A DNA stretch of 64,000 bases. It comes from an uncultured delta proteobacterium. GTDB lineage: Bacteria > Myxococcota_A > Polyangia > Fen-1088. Position 1 is the stretch's first letter, and each line of letters begins with the position of its first letter. A program made the position numbers and the translations under genes. Of the stretch, positions 31,701 through 45,324 are shown piece by piece. The stretch covers positions 736,001-800,000 of the forward strand of contig CAVYGB010000002.1 in assembly GCA_963767925.1 (NCBI GenBank), given 5' to 3'. Below the pieces are notes generated by a model. It was not told where the DNA came from. It did not search any database and was given only the letters and a program-made list of their open reading frames with translations.

Positions 31701-34019
31701 ATGTGGCTCGAACGCGCGCAATCAAGGTGGTCTCTGTCCTGGTCCCTGGCCGCGCTGGCGGTGGCCGCCGGGCTGTTGCAGGCCGCGCCCGCCCGCGGCG
31801 CGCCGGTCACCAAGCCAGCCCGGGGCGCGCCCGCCCGGGCGGCGCCCGCCGGTGCCCGGGTCGCCATCGACTGGCCGGCGTTCCTGGCGCGGCACGATCT
31901 CGTCTGGAAGAAGGTGCCAGCGGCCTGGCAGGAGGGGGCCTTCCTGGGCAACGGGCTGCTGGGGACGATGATGTTCGCCGAGGGCAAGGGCGGGCTGACC
32001 TGGCAGCTCGGGCGGTCGGACGTCACCGACCCGCGCACCGATGCCCGGGCCAACCGGGCCAACCCGCGGCTGCCCATCGGGCGCTTCCTGCTGGAGACGG
32101 CGGGCGAGGTCACCGGCGGCGGGGCGCGGCTCGACCTGTGGAACGCCGAGGTCAGCGGCACCCTCACCACCTCCCGCGGCGCCCTCAGCTACCGCAGCTT
32201 CGTGCACGCGGAGGAGCCGGTGCTGGTCATCGAGCTCGAGCCGAGCGGCGGTGAACGCGAGGCTCGCTTCGCCTTCCGCCCCGAGGTGGCCATCGTCGAG
32301 CGGCTGGTCATGCGCAAAGAGCCGATCGGCCCCGAGCACCTCAACCCCGCCCCCTTCGTGGAGGAGCGGGGCGCCCTGCGCGTGTCGGTGCAGCCGCTGA
32401 CCGGCGGCGGCGAGCACGCGGTGGCCTGGCAGGTGGCGCCGGCGGGGCGGCGGCGGCTGCTGGTCCTGGCCATCACCCGCTCGACCGAGGCGGAGGGGGC
32501 GCGCAAGGAGGCCGCGGCGGCGGTCGAGCGGGCCCTGAAGCTCGGGGCGGAGCGGCTGCGCCGGTCGCACCGGGCCTTCTGGCACGGCTATTACCCGGCC
32601 AGCTTCGTGTCGCTGCCCGACACGCGGCTCGAGAGCTTTTACTGGATCCAGATGTACAAGCTGGCCGCCGCGACCCGCGCCGACCGCCCGGTCATCGACA
32701 CGATGGGGCCCTGGTACGGGCGCACGCCCTGGCCGCGCATCTGGTGGAACCTCAACATCCAGCTCACCTACTGGCCGGTGTACACCGCCAACCGGCTGTC
32801 GCTCGGCGAGTCGATGCTGGCGGCGATCGATCGCAACAAGGAGACCCTGCACAAGAACGTCCCCGAGGCGCTGCGCGCCGACGCCTACGCCGTCGGCCGC
32901 TCGAGCGGGCCGGACGCGCACTCGCCGGTGGGCGGGCCGGGCAGCGGGCCGGGCGAGATGTCGAACCTGGTGTGGGCCATGCACAACTACTGGCTGCACT
33001 ACCGCCACACGATGGACGAGGTGATGCTGCGCGAGCGGCTGTTCCCCCTGCTCCGGGGCAGCGTGAACTACCTGCTGCGGCGCCTGGAGCCCGGCAAGGA
33101 CGGCCGCCTGCACTTGCCCGAGGCGATCTCGCCCGAATACCCGAAGACCGCCGCCGACACGAACTACGACCTGTCGCTGCTGCGCTGGGGGTGCGAGACG
33201 CTGCTGGCGATCGACGCGCGCCTGAAGACCGAGGACCCGCTCGCGCCCCGCTGGCGCGACACCCTGGCCCGACTGACGCCTTACCCGGTGGGGCCGAGCG
33301 GGTACCTGATCGGCAAGGATCAGCCGCTGGCGGTGTCGCACCGGCACTTCTCGCACCTGCTGATGGTCTACCCGCTCAAGCTGGTGACCCCCGCCCGGGC
33401 CGAGGACCGCGCCCTGATCGAGCGGTCCCTGGCCCACTGGATCGGTTTCGAGGGGGCCCTGCAGGGCTACTCCTTCGTGGGTGCCTCGGCGCTGTCGTCG
33501 CTGATGGGCAAGGGGGACGACTCGGCCCGCTTCCTCGACGAGCTGATCGGCCGCTTCGTCAAGCCGAACACCATGTACCTCGAGGCGGGGCCGGTGATCG
33601 AGACGCCGCTGGCCGCCGCCCAGGCGGTGCACGAGATGTTGCTGCAGAACGCGGCCGAGAACACCCTGCGCGTCTTCCCCTCGGTGCCGGAGGCCTGGAA
33701 GGACGTTGTGTTCCACGACCTGCGGGCGGAGGGCGCCTTCCTGGTGAGCGCCACCCGCCGGGGCGGGCGCACCCGGATGGTGAAGTTGACCAGCCTGGCG
33801 GGCGAGCCGGCGACGCTGGAGGTGGCGCTCGAAGATCCCGCGCTGCTGGGGGACGCGGGCGGCGCCGGTGTCGTGCCGGCGGGGCCCGGGCGCTGGCGGA
33901 TCGCGCTGGCCAGAGGCGCCTCCGCCACCCTGCTGGCCAGAGACGCCACCCCCGCCGACCAGACGATCGCCCCGGTCGCCGCCGACCCCGACAAGACCAA
34001 CTTCTTCGGCGTCCGGTAG
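31701..34019 (+). CDS. Secreted GH95-like glycoside hydrolase (alpha-L-fucosidase-like)
   Basis: Signal peptide; WQEGAFLGNG, WNLNIQLTYWP, SPEY, SHRHFSHL, IETP, EMLLQ, LRAEGAFLVSA. Confidence 0.8.
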   Translation: MWLERAQSRWSLSWSLAALAVAAGLLQAAPARGAPVTKPARGAPARAAPAGARVAIDWPAFLARHDLVWKKVPAAWQEGAFLGNGLLGTMMFAEGKGGLTWQLGRSDVTDPRTDARANRANPRLPIGRFLLETAGEVTGGGARLDLWNAEVSGTLTTSRGALSYRSFVHAEEPVLVIELEPSGGEREARFAFRPEVAIVERLVMRKEPIGPEHLNPAPFVEERGALRVSVQPLTGGGEHAVAWQVAPAGRRRLLVLAITRSTEAEGARKEAAAAVERALKLGAERLRRSHRAFWHGYYPASFVSLPDTRLESFYWIQMYKLAAATRADRPVIDTMGPWYGRTPWPRIWWNLNIQLTYWPVYTANRLSLGESMLAAIDRNKETLHKNVPEALRADAYAVGRSSGPDAHSPVGGPGSGPGEMSNLVWAMHNYWLHYRHTMDEVMLRERLFPLLRGSVNYLLRRLEPGKDGRLHLPEAISPEYPKTAADTNYDLSLLRWGCETLLAIDARLKTEDPLAPRWRDTLARLTPYPVGPSGYLIGKDQPLAVSHRHFSHLLMVYPLKLVTPARAEDRALIERSLAHWIGFEGALQGYSFVGASALSSLMGKGDDSARFLDELIGRFVKPNTMYLEAGPVIETPLAAAQAVHEMLLQNAAENTLRVFPSVPEAWKDVVFHDLRAEGAFLVSATRRGGRTRMVKLTSLAGEPATLEVALEDPALLGDAGGAGVVPAGPGRWRIALARGASATLLARDATPADQTIAPVAADPDKTNFFGVR

Positions 34020-34055
34020 CGCCCCCGTCGGCGCAAGGCTGGCAACCCGCTGGCG

Positions 34056-34186
34056 GTTTGCCCTCTCCCCGCGGCCGTCTGCGGCCGGGGGAGAGGGGAG
34101 GGTGAGGGGCGGTGGCCACGCCGGAGGCCCCTCACCCGGCGCGCGGACGCCGCCGACCTCTCCCCACGGCAGACCGCGGGGAGAGG
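34056..34186. repeat. Inverted doublet of REP-like elements
   Basis: CCCTCTCCCC...GGGGAGAGGGGAGGGTGAGGGG followed by CCCCTCACCC...CCTCTCCCC...GGGGAGAGG. Confidence 0.8.
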
Positions 34187-34263
34187 TGACGGACCCGGCG
34201 GTGCAGGTGCGGCGGCGGGCGGGGGCGGATGCGGGCGGGCGGCGGGCGCGGTAGGGTGGGGGC

Positions 34264-35832
34264 ATGTCCAGCCACCTCGGAGAGGCGCAGCGAACCGAGG
34301 TCCTCGTCGTCGGGGCGGGGCCGAGCGGGCTGGTGACGGCGCTGTGGCTGCGGCGGCTGGGGATCGCGGTGCGGATCATCGACAAGGTGGATCGCCCGGG
34401 CACCACCTCGCGCGCGCTGGCGGTGCAGGCCCGGACGCTGGAGCTGTACCGCCAGGTCGGCCTGCACCAGGTGGTGCTCGAGCGCGGGCTGGAGTTCGCG
34501 GCGATCAACCTTTGGGTGCGGGGGCAACAGGTCGGCCGGGCCGCCTTCGGCGACATCGGCAAGGGGCTGAGCCGCTTTCCGTTCGTCGTGATGTTGCCCC
34601 AGGACCTGCACGAGGAGCTGCTCATCGAGCGGCTGGCCGCCGAGGGTGTGCCGGTCGAGCGCGCGGTGGAGCTGGTCGGGTTCGAGGAGCGCAGCGGCGG
34701 GGTGCGGGCCCACCTGCGCACCGCCGCCGGGCAGGAGTCGGCCTGCGAGGCGACCTTCGTGGTGGGGTGCGACGGCGCCCACTCGACGGTGCGTCGCTCG
34801 CTCGGCATCGAGTTCCCCGGCGGGACCTACGAGCGGACCTTCTACGTGGCGGACGTCCAGCTCCGCGGCCCGGTGGCCAACCACGAGCTGCACGTCGCCC
34901 TCGACGACGCCGACTTCCTGGCGGTCTTCCCGATCAAGGGCGAGGGAGCCGGCCGCCTGATCGGGACGGTCCGGCGCGAGGCGGAGGAGCTGGGGCGCCC
35001 GCTGACCTGGGACGACGTGAGCGGGCGCGCGGTCGAGCGGCTGCAGATCCGGGTCGACAAGGTCAACTGGTTCTCGACCTACCGGGTGCACCACCGGGTG
35101 GCCGATCGCTTTCGCCAGGGGCGGGCCTTCCTGGTGGGCGACGCCGCCCACATCCACAGCCCCGTCGGCGGGCAAGGGATGAACACCGGCATCGGCGACG
35201 CCGTGAACCTGGCCTGGAAGCTGGCGATGGTGGTGCGGGGGCAGGCCGACTCGCGGCTGCTCGACAGCTACCAGCCGGAACGCATGGCCTTCGCCCAGCG
35301 CCTGGTGGCGACGACCGACCGGGCCTTCACCTTCGTCACGCGCGACGGGGCGCTGGCCCGGCTGGTGCGCCTGGGGGTCATCCCCCGCATCATCCCGAGC
35401 CTCACCAGCCGGGCCGCCGTGCGCCGGTTCATGTTCCAGGCCATCTCCCAGACGGCGGTGACCTACCGCCACAGCGATCTCAGCGCCGGCCGCGCCGGCG
35501 CGGTCCGCGGCGGCGACCGCTTGCCCTGGGTCGCGCTCGCCGACGCTCCCGGCGGAGACAACCACGCCAGCCTCGACTCCGTGAGCTGGCAGGTCCACGT
35601 CTACGGACAGCCCCCGCTCGACCTGCAGTCCGCCGCCGCCCGCCGGGGCGTACCCCTGCACACCTTCCCCTGGACCCCGCCGATGGAAGCCACCGGCCTC
35701 GCCCGCAACGCCGCCTACCTCGTCCGCCCCGACGGCTACATCGCCCTCGCCGATCCCGCCGCCCGCGCCGATCGGCTGGAACGTTATCTGGAAACCCAGG
35801 GCTTACGCCCGTCGCCCGTCACGTCCGGCTAA
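34264..35832 (+). CDS. FAD-dependent monooxygenase (PheA/TfdB-like)
   Basis: GAGPSG, GCDGAHSTVR, GDAAHIHSPVGGQGMNTG, LVRPDGYI. Confidence 0.93.
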   Translation: MSSHLGEAQRTEVLVVGAGPSGLVTALWLRRLGIAVRIIDKVDRPGTTSRALAVQARTLELYRQVGLHQVVLERGLEFAAINLWVRGQQVGRAAFGDIGKGLSRFPFVVMLPQDLHEELLIERLAAEGVPVERAVELVGFEERSGGVRAHLRTAAGQESACEATFVVGCDGAHSTVRRSLGIEFPGGTYERTFYVADVQLRGPVANHELHVALDDADFLAVFPIKGEGAGRLIGTVRREAEELGRPLTWDDVSGRAVERLQIRVDKVNWFSTYRVHHRVADRFRQGRAFLVGDAAHIHSPVGGQGMNTGIGDAVNLAWKLAMVVRGQADSRLLDSYQPERMAFAQRLVATTDRAFTFVTRDGALARLVRLGVIPRIIPSLTSRAAVRRFMFQAISQTAVTYRHSDLSAGRAGAVRGGDRLPWVALADAPGGDNHASLDSVSWQVHVYGQPPLDLQSAAARRGVPLHTFPWTPPMEATGLARNAAYLVRPDGYIALADPAARADRLERYLETQGLRPSPVTSG

Positions 35833-35838
35833 CGGCCT

Positions 35839-36335
35839 GGAGACCCCTCACCCCACCCTCTCCCCGCTGCCGCGGGGCGAGGGCGAACGGGCAACGGGGG
35901 TGCGGAAATCTTCTCAAAGCCACCGTATCCCCTCGAGGTGTTGATCCCCTCGAGGTGTGATCCCCTCGAGGTGTGATCCCCTCGAGGTGTGATCCCCTCG
36001 AGGTGTGATCCCCTCGAGGTGTGATCCCCTCGAGGTGTTGATCCCCTCGAGGTGTGATCCCCTCGAGGTGTGATCCCCTCGAGGTGTGATCCCCTCGAGG
36101 TGTTGATCCCCTCGAGGTGTGATCCCCTCGAGGTGTGATCCCCTCGAGGTGTGATCCCCTCGAGGTGTGATCCCCTCGAGGTGTGATCCCCTCGAGGTGT
36201 GATCCCCTCGAGGTGTGATCCCCTCGAGGTGTGATCCCCTCGAGGTGTGATCCCCTCGAGGTGTTGATCGAGGCATCTCGCTGATCGTTCGCCCTCGCCC
36301 CGCGGAGCGGGGAGAGGGTGGGGTGAGGGGTCTCC
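35839..36335. repeat. Inverted 51/50-bp REP-like repeats enclosing a tandem array
   Basis: 35839-35889 and 36286-36335 are reverse complements except for a single-base indel. Confidence 0.95.
35927..36266. repeat. Tandem array: 21 copies of ATCCCCTCGAGGTGTG (copies 1, 7, 11 and 21 carry an extra T)
   Basis: Counted directly from the sequence. Confidence 0.98.
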
Positions 36336-36469
36336 GGGTCAGCGTGATCATTGTCCTTACACGGGCAACCCGATCTGGGCGGGCGGAGCGACAAATCAGT
36401 GGGCGACGGGAATGTACTCGGCAGGGAGGCGCTCTACCTTCGGCGGTGATGCACCTGCGTGGGGACTGG

Positions 36470-36631
36470 ATGGAACCGCGGGCCCTGCGCCACCCTTCCG
36501 CCGCCGCCCTGGCTCTGGCGGTCCTGGTCGCTGCGGTCGGCCTCGCGGGCTGCCGGACCGATGGGGACAATTTGCCGGTGAACGTCCGGGACGGGGGCGG
36601 GTCGATGGCCTCCCCTCCTGCACCACGGTGA
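36470..36631 (+). CDS. Very short lipoprotein or truncated remnant
   Basis: MEPRALRHPSAAALALAVLVAAVGLAGC followed by only about 25 residues. Confidence 0.45.
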   Translation: MEPRALRHPSAAALALAVLVAAVGLAGCRTDGDNLPVNVRDGGGSMASPPAPR

Positions 36632-36740
36632 GCACCGTGACCCCCGCCCTGGTCCCTTGACCGGCCCGCGGACAGAGAACCCGACCCTCGCCGGGCCCCA
36701 CCTCACCGATCGCGGCCCGACCGCGACCCGGCCCGCGCTC

Positions 36741-37439
36741 CTACGAGTCGGTCGAGGGCTTGCCGCTGCGGCCGCCCACCTCGTCGAGGTGCTTGAGCAT
36801 GTCGGCGGGGTCTTCGTAGACCCGGTAGGCGCCCGCCCGCTCCAGCTCCTCCTGGCCGTACCCGCCCGACAGCAGACCGATGCCGAGGGCCCGGGCCCGC
36901 CGGGCAGCCAGCATGTCCCACACGCTGTCGCCCACCACCTGCGAGATCTCGATCGAGACCCCCAGGCGGTCGGCCGCCGCCAGGAACAGGTCGGGGTCCG
37001 GCTTGGCGAACTGCACCTGATCCCGCGTCACGACCGGCGTCTTCTCGAGGTCCACCCCGAGCTGGGCCAGCGCCGGGCCGGCGGTCTCCATCCGGCTGCT
37101 GGTGGCGATGGCCCAGGGGATGCCCGCGCTGGTCAAGGTGGCCAGCAGCGCCCGGGCCCCGGGCAACGGCCGCATCTGCGACTGATAGCGGTTGAAGGCC
37201 TCGGCGTGGGCCTTGCGCACGCGGGCCGAGCGGGCCGGGTCGAGGGCCAGGCCGGTCTCCCGCAACAACATGTTGGTGAGCAAGCCGCCGCTCATCCCGA
37301 TCTTGCGGTGGATGCGCCAGACCGACAGCTCGATCCCCTCGCTCTCCAGCGCCTCCTTCCAGGCCAGCACGTGCTGGTAGACGCTGTCGACAAGGGTGCC
37401 GTCGAGATCGAACAGAAAAGCGGTGCGTGGGTGGGACAT
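36741..37439 (-). CDS. HAD family hydrolase
   Basis: FDLDGTLVDS, IATS, KPDPDLF, VGDSVWD. Confidence 0.95.
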   Translation of the reverse strand: MSHPRTAFLFDLDGTLVDSVYQHVLAWKEALESEGIELSVWRIHRKIGMSGGLLTNMLLRETGLALDPARSARVRKAHAEAFNRYQSQMRPLPGARALLATLTSAGIPWAIATSSRMETAGPALAQLGVDLEKTPVVTRDQVQFAKPDPDLFLAAADRLGVSIEISQVVGDSVWDMLAARRARALGIGLLSGGYGQEELERAGAYRVYEDPADMLKHLDEVGGRSGKPSTDS

Positions 37440-37480
37440 GGATCCTCCGCGGGTGCCGGGCGCGTGCCACTCAGGTGGGG

Positions 37481-38266
37481 TCACACCCGCCGCAACACCA
37501 GGGGGCGCGACTTGCTCCCGCGGAGCAGCGGGCCCAGGGGCGACTCCCGGTAGCCGGGGCGATCGACGGCGGGGTCGATCACGTATTCGAGCGTCCCCAG
37601 CACCTCGATCTCGTCGCCCGGGCGGATCAGCTCCTCGGCGTGCACGAACACGACGATCCCCTTCTCCGGATCGTCGACCCGCGACCAGAGCGGCTCGTCG
37701 TGCACCCGCGGCTCGCCCAGGGTCGAGCCCACCGTCACCCAGAAGGCGCCGCTGACGTCGACGGCGGCGCTCTCGTTGTTGTCGAGCAGCAGGCGGAAGT
37801 CCTGCCCGCGCACCTCGTGCAGGGTCAGGTTCTTGCCATCGAAGCGGCGGACCTGGCCGATGTAGAGGGCCAGGGTGGCGTCCCGGGGGGTCCCCGAGCG
37901 GGGCGGGGCGGTCCCCGCGGCCACCTTGCCCCGCAGGCGGACCCGGTCACCCCGGTGGCAGCTGGCCAGCGAGGTGCGCACGGAGGTCCGCTCGAAGACG
38001 CGGCGATAGCGATCCCGCCGGAGCTCGGCGATGCTGACGGCGAGGAGCGCGCCCAGGCCGAGCCCGATGCCCAGGCCCTCGAGGGCGGGGAAGGCCGCGG
38101 CCAGCGACGGCTCCAGGATGCCGAGGGTCAGGCCGGCGCAGAAGGTGGCGGGCAACACCACCGGCATGCGGGGCGCGGGCCGCACCCGGGTCTGGCGCAG
38201 GAGGCGCCCGTGCTCGGGGTGAGCCAGCGTGGTGAAGACCGAGAGGGTTCGTCGAGCGAGCAGCAT
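37481..38266 (-). CDS. Hypothetical membrane protein
   Basis: Two TM helices then a beta-rich domain (EELIRPGDEIEVLG, GYRE); start uncertain. Confidence 0.6.
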   Translation of the reverse strand: MLLARRTLSVFTTLAHPEHGRLLRQTRVRPAPRMPVVLPATFCAGLTLGILEPSLAAAFPALEGLGIGLGLGALLAVSIAELRRDRYRRVFERTSVRTSLASCHRGDRVRLRGKVAAGTAPPRSGTPRDATLALYIGQVRRFDGKNLTLHEVRGQDFRLLLDNNESAAVDVSGAFWVTVGSTLGEPRVHDEPLWSRVDDPEKGIVVFVHAEELIRPGDEIEVLGTLEYVIDPAVDRPGYRESPLGPLLRGSKSRPLVLRRV

Positions 38267-38872
38267 GGGATCGCCTGCGCTACTCCGGAAGGCCGCCCTG
38301 GGGTCGGCCCGATCGCCGGACCACCACCGGTTCCAGCACCACCAGGACCGGGAGGCGCAGCCTTGCGAGCAAACGCATCGAGGACAATTGTACGCCCACG
38401 ATCGGCCCGGTGGCACCCCTCTTCGGCGCGGCGGACGGGGGCGTACGTGCGCGTGGTCGCTCCACCGGTACCACCACCGGTCACCACGGGCCGCTACCGG
38501 TCACAGCCGGTCCCTTCGGGGGGCCGCCCGGGACGCGGTATGTCGATTGCAAAGAGCGCAGCGAGAGCAAGAAGAGCGATGAGCTTACCGATGTGGCGCG
38601 GTCGCCACCGCCCGGCGAGGAGGCCGCGGGGAACCGGCGCGTCTGGCCGGGTCGGTCCGGTGTGGGTCCGATGGGTGGCGCCCGCGCCGCCGCGCCGGGA
38701 CGGCGTGTGCGACTTGCACCGCCGGTCGGGTCGCCCGCCCTGTCGAGCCCCGCGAACCTCCAGACGGGTCCGGTACCGTTTCATCACCCCGGGTGGTTTG
38801 AGGCGCAAACCGTGCATCGGAGACGAGCGCCGGGATTTCCGGGGGGACCTGGGCGGGTTAGAAGAGGAGCCC

Positions 38873-39988
38873 ATGATCGTCATTGCCGGGGCGGGAATCG
38901 GGGGGCTCACGCTCGGGTGCGCGCTCGCGCGGGCGGGCCTCCCCTTCGTCATCTTCGAGCGGGCCGCGGAGCTGCGCCCGGCGGGGGCCGGCATCGCCCT
39001 GTCGCAGAACGCGTTCGCGGCGCTCGCCCACCTGGGCCTCGAGCAGCCGGCGCGCGCCGCCGGCAAGGCGCTCGGCCAGGCCGTCATCTGCGACCAGACC
39101 GGGCGCACGCTGATCGCCGCCAAGGGGCCGTCGGTGGGCGGCACGGTGGCGATGGCCCGCTCCGACCTGCAGACCGTGCTGCTCGACTCGCTGGGCGGGC
39201 TGGTCGAGACCGGCCGGGCGGTGCGCGGCTACCGGGCGCGCCCGGGCGGCGTGCTCGTCGAGATGGAGGACGGCGAGGAGATCAAGGCCGACCTGCTGGT
39301 GGGGGCCGACGGGCTGCACTCCACCGTCCGGGCGATCATGCGCGGGCGCGAGCCGCTGCGCTACGCCGGCTACACGAGCTGGCGGGCCATCGTCGAGGGG
39401 GTGCCGCTGCCGAACGAGGAGCACGCCACCGAGAGCTGGGGCATCGGCCAGCGCTTCGGCGTCGCCGCCATCGGCGGCGGGCGGGTCTACTGGTTCGCGG
39501 TGGCCGACGCCCCCGCCGGCCAGGCCGACGGCCCCGACCCGCGCCCCGCCCTGCTGGCCCGCTTCGCCGGCTGGCACGACCCGGTCGAGCGGCTGATCGC
39601 CGCGACGCCCCCGGCCCGCGTCCTGCGCACCGACATCCACGACCGTCCGCCCATCGACCGCTGGATCGAGGGCTACGTGACCTTGCTGGGCGACGCCGCC
39701 CACCCCATGACGCCCAACCTGGGCCAGGGCGGCTGCCAGGCCATCGAGGACGCTGTCGTGCTGGCCAGCGCCCTCGCCCGCTTCGGCGAGGTGCAGCCGG
39801 CCCTGCTGCACTACCAGAAGCGCCGGCTGGCCCGGGCCAACGGCTTCGTCGTCCGCTCCTGGCGGTTCGGGCAGCTCGCTCACCTGCGGGCGGCCCCCAT
39901 GCGCTGGCTGCGCGATCACGCGCTGCGGGCCATGCCCGCGACGCTCACCGCGCGCGCGGCGACCCGCGACCTGCAGTTCCGGCTGTGA
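38873..39988 (+). CDS. FAD-dependent monooxygenase
   Basis: GAGIGGL, GADGLHSTVR, GDAAHPMTPNLGQGGCQAIEDA; GAGGAG RBS. Confidence 0.93.
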   Translation: MIVIAGAGIGGLTLGCALARAGLPFVIFERAAELRPAGAGIALSQNAFAALAHLGLEQPARAAGKALGQAVICDQTGRTLIAAKGPSVGGTVAMARSDLQTVLLDSLGGLVETGRAVRGYRARPGGVLVEMEDGEEIKADLLVGADGLHSTVRAIMRGREPLRYAGYTSWRAIVEGVPLPNEEHATESWGIGQRFGVAAIGGGRVYWFAVADAPAGQADGPDPRPALLARFAGWHDPVERLIAATPPARVLRTDIHDRPPIDRWIEGYVTLLGDAAHPMTPNLGQGGCQAIEDAVVLASALARFGEVQPALLHYQKRRLARANGFVVRSWRFGQLAHLRAAPMRWLRDHALRAMPATLTARAATRDLQFRL

Positions 39989-40964
39989 GGGGGGCGGCGG
40001 CGGTGCGCAGGAAGGCGACCGAGGGCCGCCCCTGCTCGGTGATGGTGCCGGTGCGGGCCTCGAGGCCGATCGCGCCCCGGTAGCGGATGCGCGCGAGGTT
40101 GTCGAAGAAGCCGGCGTAGTCGGCCTCGCTGGCGGCCAGGGGGAAGGCGCGGCCCTTCGGGTTGGCCACCCGCACGTGGTACAGGCGGTTGCGGGTGGTG
40201 AGCAGGACGCTCGAGGGCTCGCCCGCCTGGGTCAGGTGGTAGTAGTCGATGGTGATGCCGAAGGCGGGGTGGTTGACCGCCCTGGTGAGGGCGACGGCCT
40301 CGGCGACGGAGTTGATGGTGCCGGCCTCGGCCGCCCCCAGCGGCTCGATGCCGATGGTCAGCTTGTGCTTGCGGGCCAGGCCCGCCGCGCGCTTGCTGAA
40401 CTCGACGAGCTGGCGGGAGGCCTCCTTCGGGGAGAAGCCCTCGGGGGGCGTGCGCGAGCGGCCGCTGCCGAACACGATCGCCTTGAGCCCGAGGCGCTCG
40501 GCGCGGGCGAAGGCCCGGGTCAGGTATTCGTCCTGCTTGGCCTTGTCGACCTCGGGGCCGACCACCTTCAGCTCCGGGGGCAGGAAGTTGATGGCGGCGA
40601 GGACCGGGAGCCGCAGGGTTTTGAGGCGGGCGAGGAGCTGCTCGAACTCCGCATCGCTGAGGGCGGCGGCGTTGCGCAGGCCGATCTCGGCGAACTCGAA
40701 GCCGGCCGCCTTCACGTCCTCGAGCGCGGGGGCGGCCAGGCCGGCGTAACACCCGATGGGGATGCCGGGGACGGCGGGCGGCAAGGGGGTGGCGGCCGCG
40801 GCGGCCGCCGGCGCGGTGGCGGGCGCGGCGCTTGCTGGGGCAGCGGCGGCGGCGGTGGGCGGGGCGGCGGTGGGCGCAGCGGCAGCGGGCGCGGCGGCAG
40901 CGGGCGCGGCGGCGGCGAGAGACAGGAGCACCCAGGTCCAGGTCGGCAGCGTCCGTTCGGGCAT
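39945..40964 (-). CDS. Secreted sugar phosphate isomerase/epimerase (TIM barrel)
   Basis: Signal peptide plus Ala/Pro linker; AGFEFAEI, VFGSGRSR, IEPL, DYYH, YRGAIGLE. Confidence 0.85.
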   Translation of the reverse strand: MPERTLPTWTWVLLSLAAAAPAAAAPAAAAPTAAPPTAAAAAPASAAPATAPAAAAAATPLPPAVPGIPIGCYAGLAAPALEDVKAAGFEFAEIGLRNAAALSDAEFEQLLARLKTLRLPVLAAINFLPPELKVVGPEVDKAKQDEYLTRAFARAERLGLKAIVFGSGRSRTPPEGFSPKEASRQLVEFSKRAAGLARKHKLTIGIEPLGAAEAGTINSVAEAVALTRAVNHPAFGITIDYYHLTQAGEPSSVLLTTRNRLYHVRVANPKGRAFPLAASEADYAGFFDNLARIRYRGAIGLEARTGTITEQGRPSVAFLRTAAAPLTAGTAGRGSPRAR

Positions 40965-40987
40965 GGTGGGCGCTACCATACCCCGCC

Positions 40988-41863
40988 TCAGGGGGCGCGG
41001 GCGATGGGCGCCGGCGCGGGGCCGGCGGCGGCGAGCACGTGGGCGGGGGGCAACCGCAGATCCCAGACCACCCCCAGCGCGGCCAGCGCGCGCAGGCAGT
41101 AATAGCTGAAGTCGATCTGCCACCAGTGCCAGCCCTGGTTGGCCGAGGACTGGTAGTGGTGGTGGTTGTTGTGCCAGCCCTCGCCGCAGGTGATCAGCGC
41201 CAGCAGCCAGCTGTTGCGGCTGCCGTCGGTGGTGGCGTAGCGGACGTGTCCGAAGCGGTGGGCGATCGAGTTCACGGTGAAGCTGCCGTGCCACAGCAGG
41301 ATGGTGCCAACGACGCCGCCCCAGACCAGCGCGGGCAGCCCGCCGGCCAGCAGGAGCGCCAGCATGAAGACCGCCGGCGGCACCAGGTAGAACCGGTTGA
41401 GCCAGCGCAGCTCCGGGAAGCCGGCGAGGTCGCGCACCCGGTCCAGGTTGGTGGCCCCGTAGCTGGGCGACAGCACCCAGCCGAGGTGCGACCACCAGAA
41501 GCCGCTCTGGATGGGAGAGTGGAGATCCTGGGGCCCGTCCGAGAAGCGGTGGTGGTCGCGGTGGTGGGCCGACCACCACAACACGCCCTTTTGCAGGCTG
41601 GTCATCGCCATGAAGGCCAGGACGAACTGGAACGGGCGGCTGGTCTTGAACGACCGGTGCGAAAAATAACGGTGGTACCCCGCCGTCACCCAGAACATCC
41701 GGAAGTAATAAGAGCCCAGGGCGAACAGCGGGTAGTACCAGGCAAAGTCGATCAGAAAGACCCCCGCCGCCAGCAGGTGGAACATGATGAACGGCTGCGG
41801 CGGCCACCAGCGGATCTTCTCCGGTGGGGGCACGACGGTCGTTGCCGGGAGGGTCAGGGACAT
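40988..41863 (-). CDS. Delta-9 type acyl-CoA/acyl-lipid desaturase
   Basis: His boxes HRYFSH, HRDHH and HNNHH. Confidence 0.95.
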   Translation of the reverse strand: MSLTLPATTVVPPPEKIRWWPPQPFIMFHLLAAGVFLIDFAWYYPLFALGSYYFRMFWVTAGYHRYFSHRSFKTSRPFQFVLAFMAMTSLQKGVLWWSAHHRDHHRFSDGPQDLHSPIQSGFWWSHLGWVLSPSYGATNLDRVRDLAGFPELRWLNRFYLVPPAVFMLALLLAGGLPALVWGGVVGTILLWHGSFTVNSIAHRFGHVRYATTDGSRNSWLLALITCGEGWHNNHHHYQSSANQGWHWWQIDFSYYCLRALAALGVVWDLRLPPAHVLAAAGPAPAPIARAP

Positions 41864-42176
41864 TCCCTTCATCCTGGGGGCTAAGGGGTGCGAAGCTGTC
41901 ACCGTTCCGTCATGTTCACCGCGCGCCGCGCGTTGGCCGGACACGGACCAGCCGCGTCTCGCGTGGAGGGCGCCCTGGCGAGTTGACCGTCGAGCTCGTC
42001 CCCGGAGTTGCCTGCGGTGGCGAGCATTCGTGACTCGTCCCTGCGGGGCCGGGGTGCCGAGCGACGTCGGCGAATTGCCCGCGCCGGCGGCCCTGAACGC
42101 GTCATCTGGCGGCGCGACGCGGGCGGCGGGCGGAGTCGGGCCGGCGCCACTTGGCCCATGATTCGCCGGGCAATCC

Positions 42177-45314
<3,138 letters not shown>

Positions 45315-45324
45315 GGGAGCCCCG

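Noticed and set aside
35927..36266. CRISPR array, or the coding ORFs that run through the 16-bp array
   Set aside because: There are no unique spacers and no cas genes. The minus-strand ORFs exist only because the unit has no stop codon on that strand.
38280..38860. Possible small minus-strand membrane ORF (IGKLIALLALAALFAIDI)
   Set aside because: No consistent start or frame and no recognisable family; cannot be supported.
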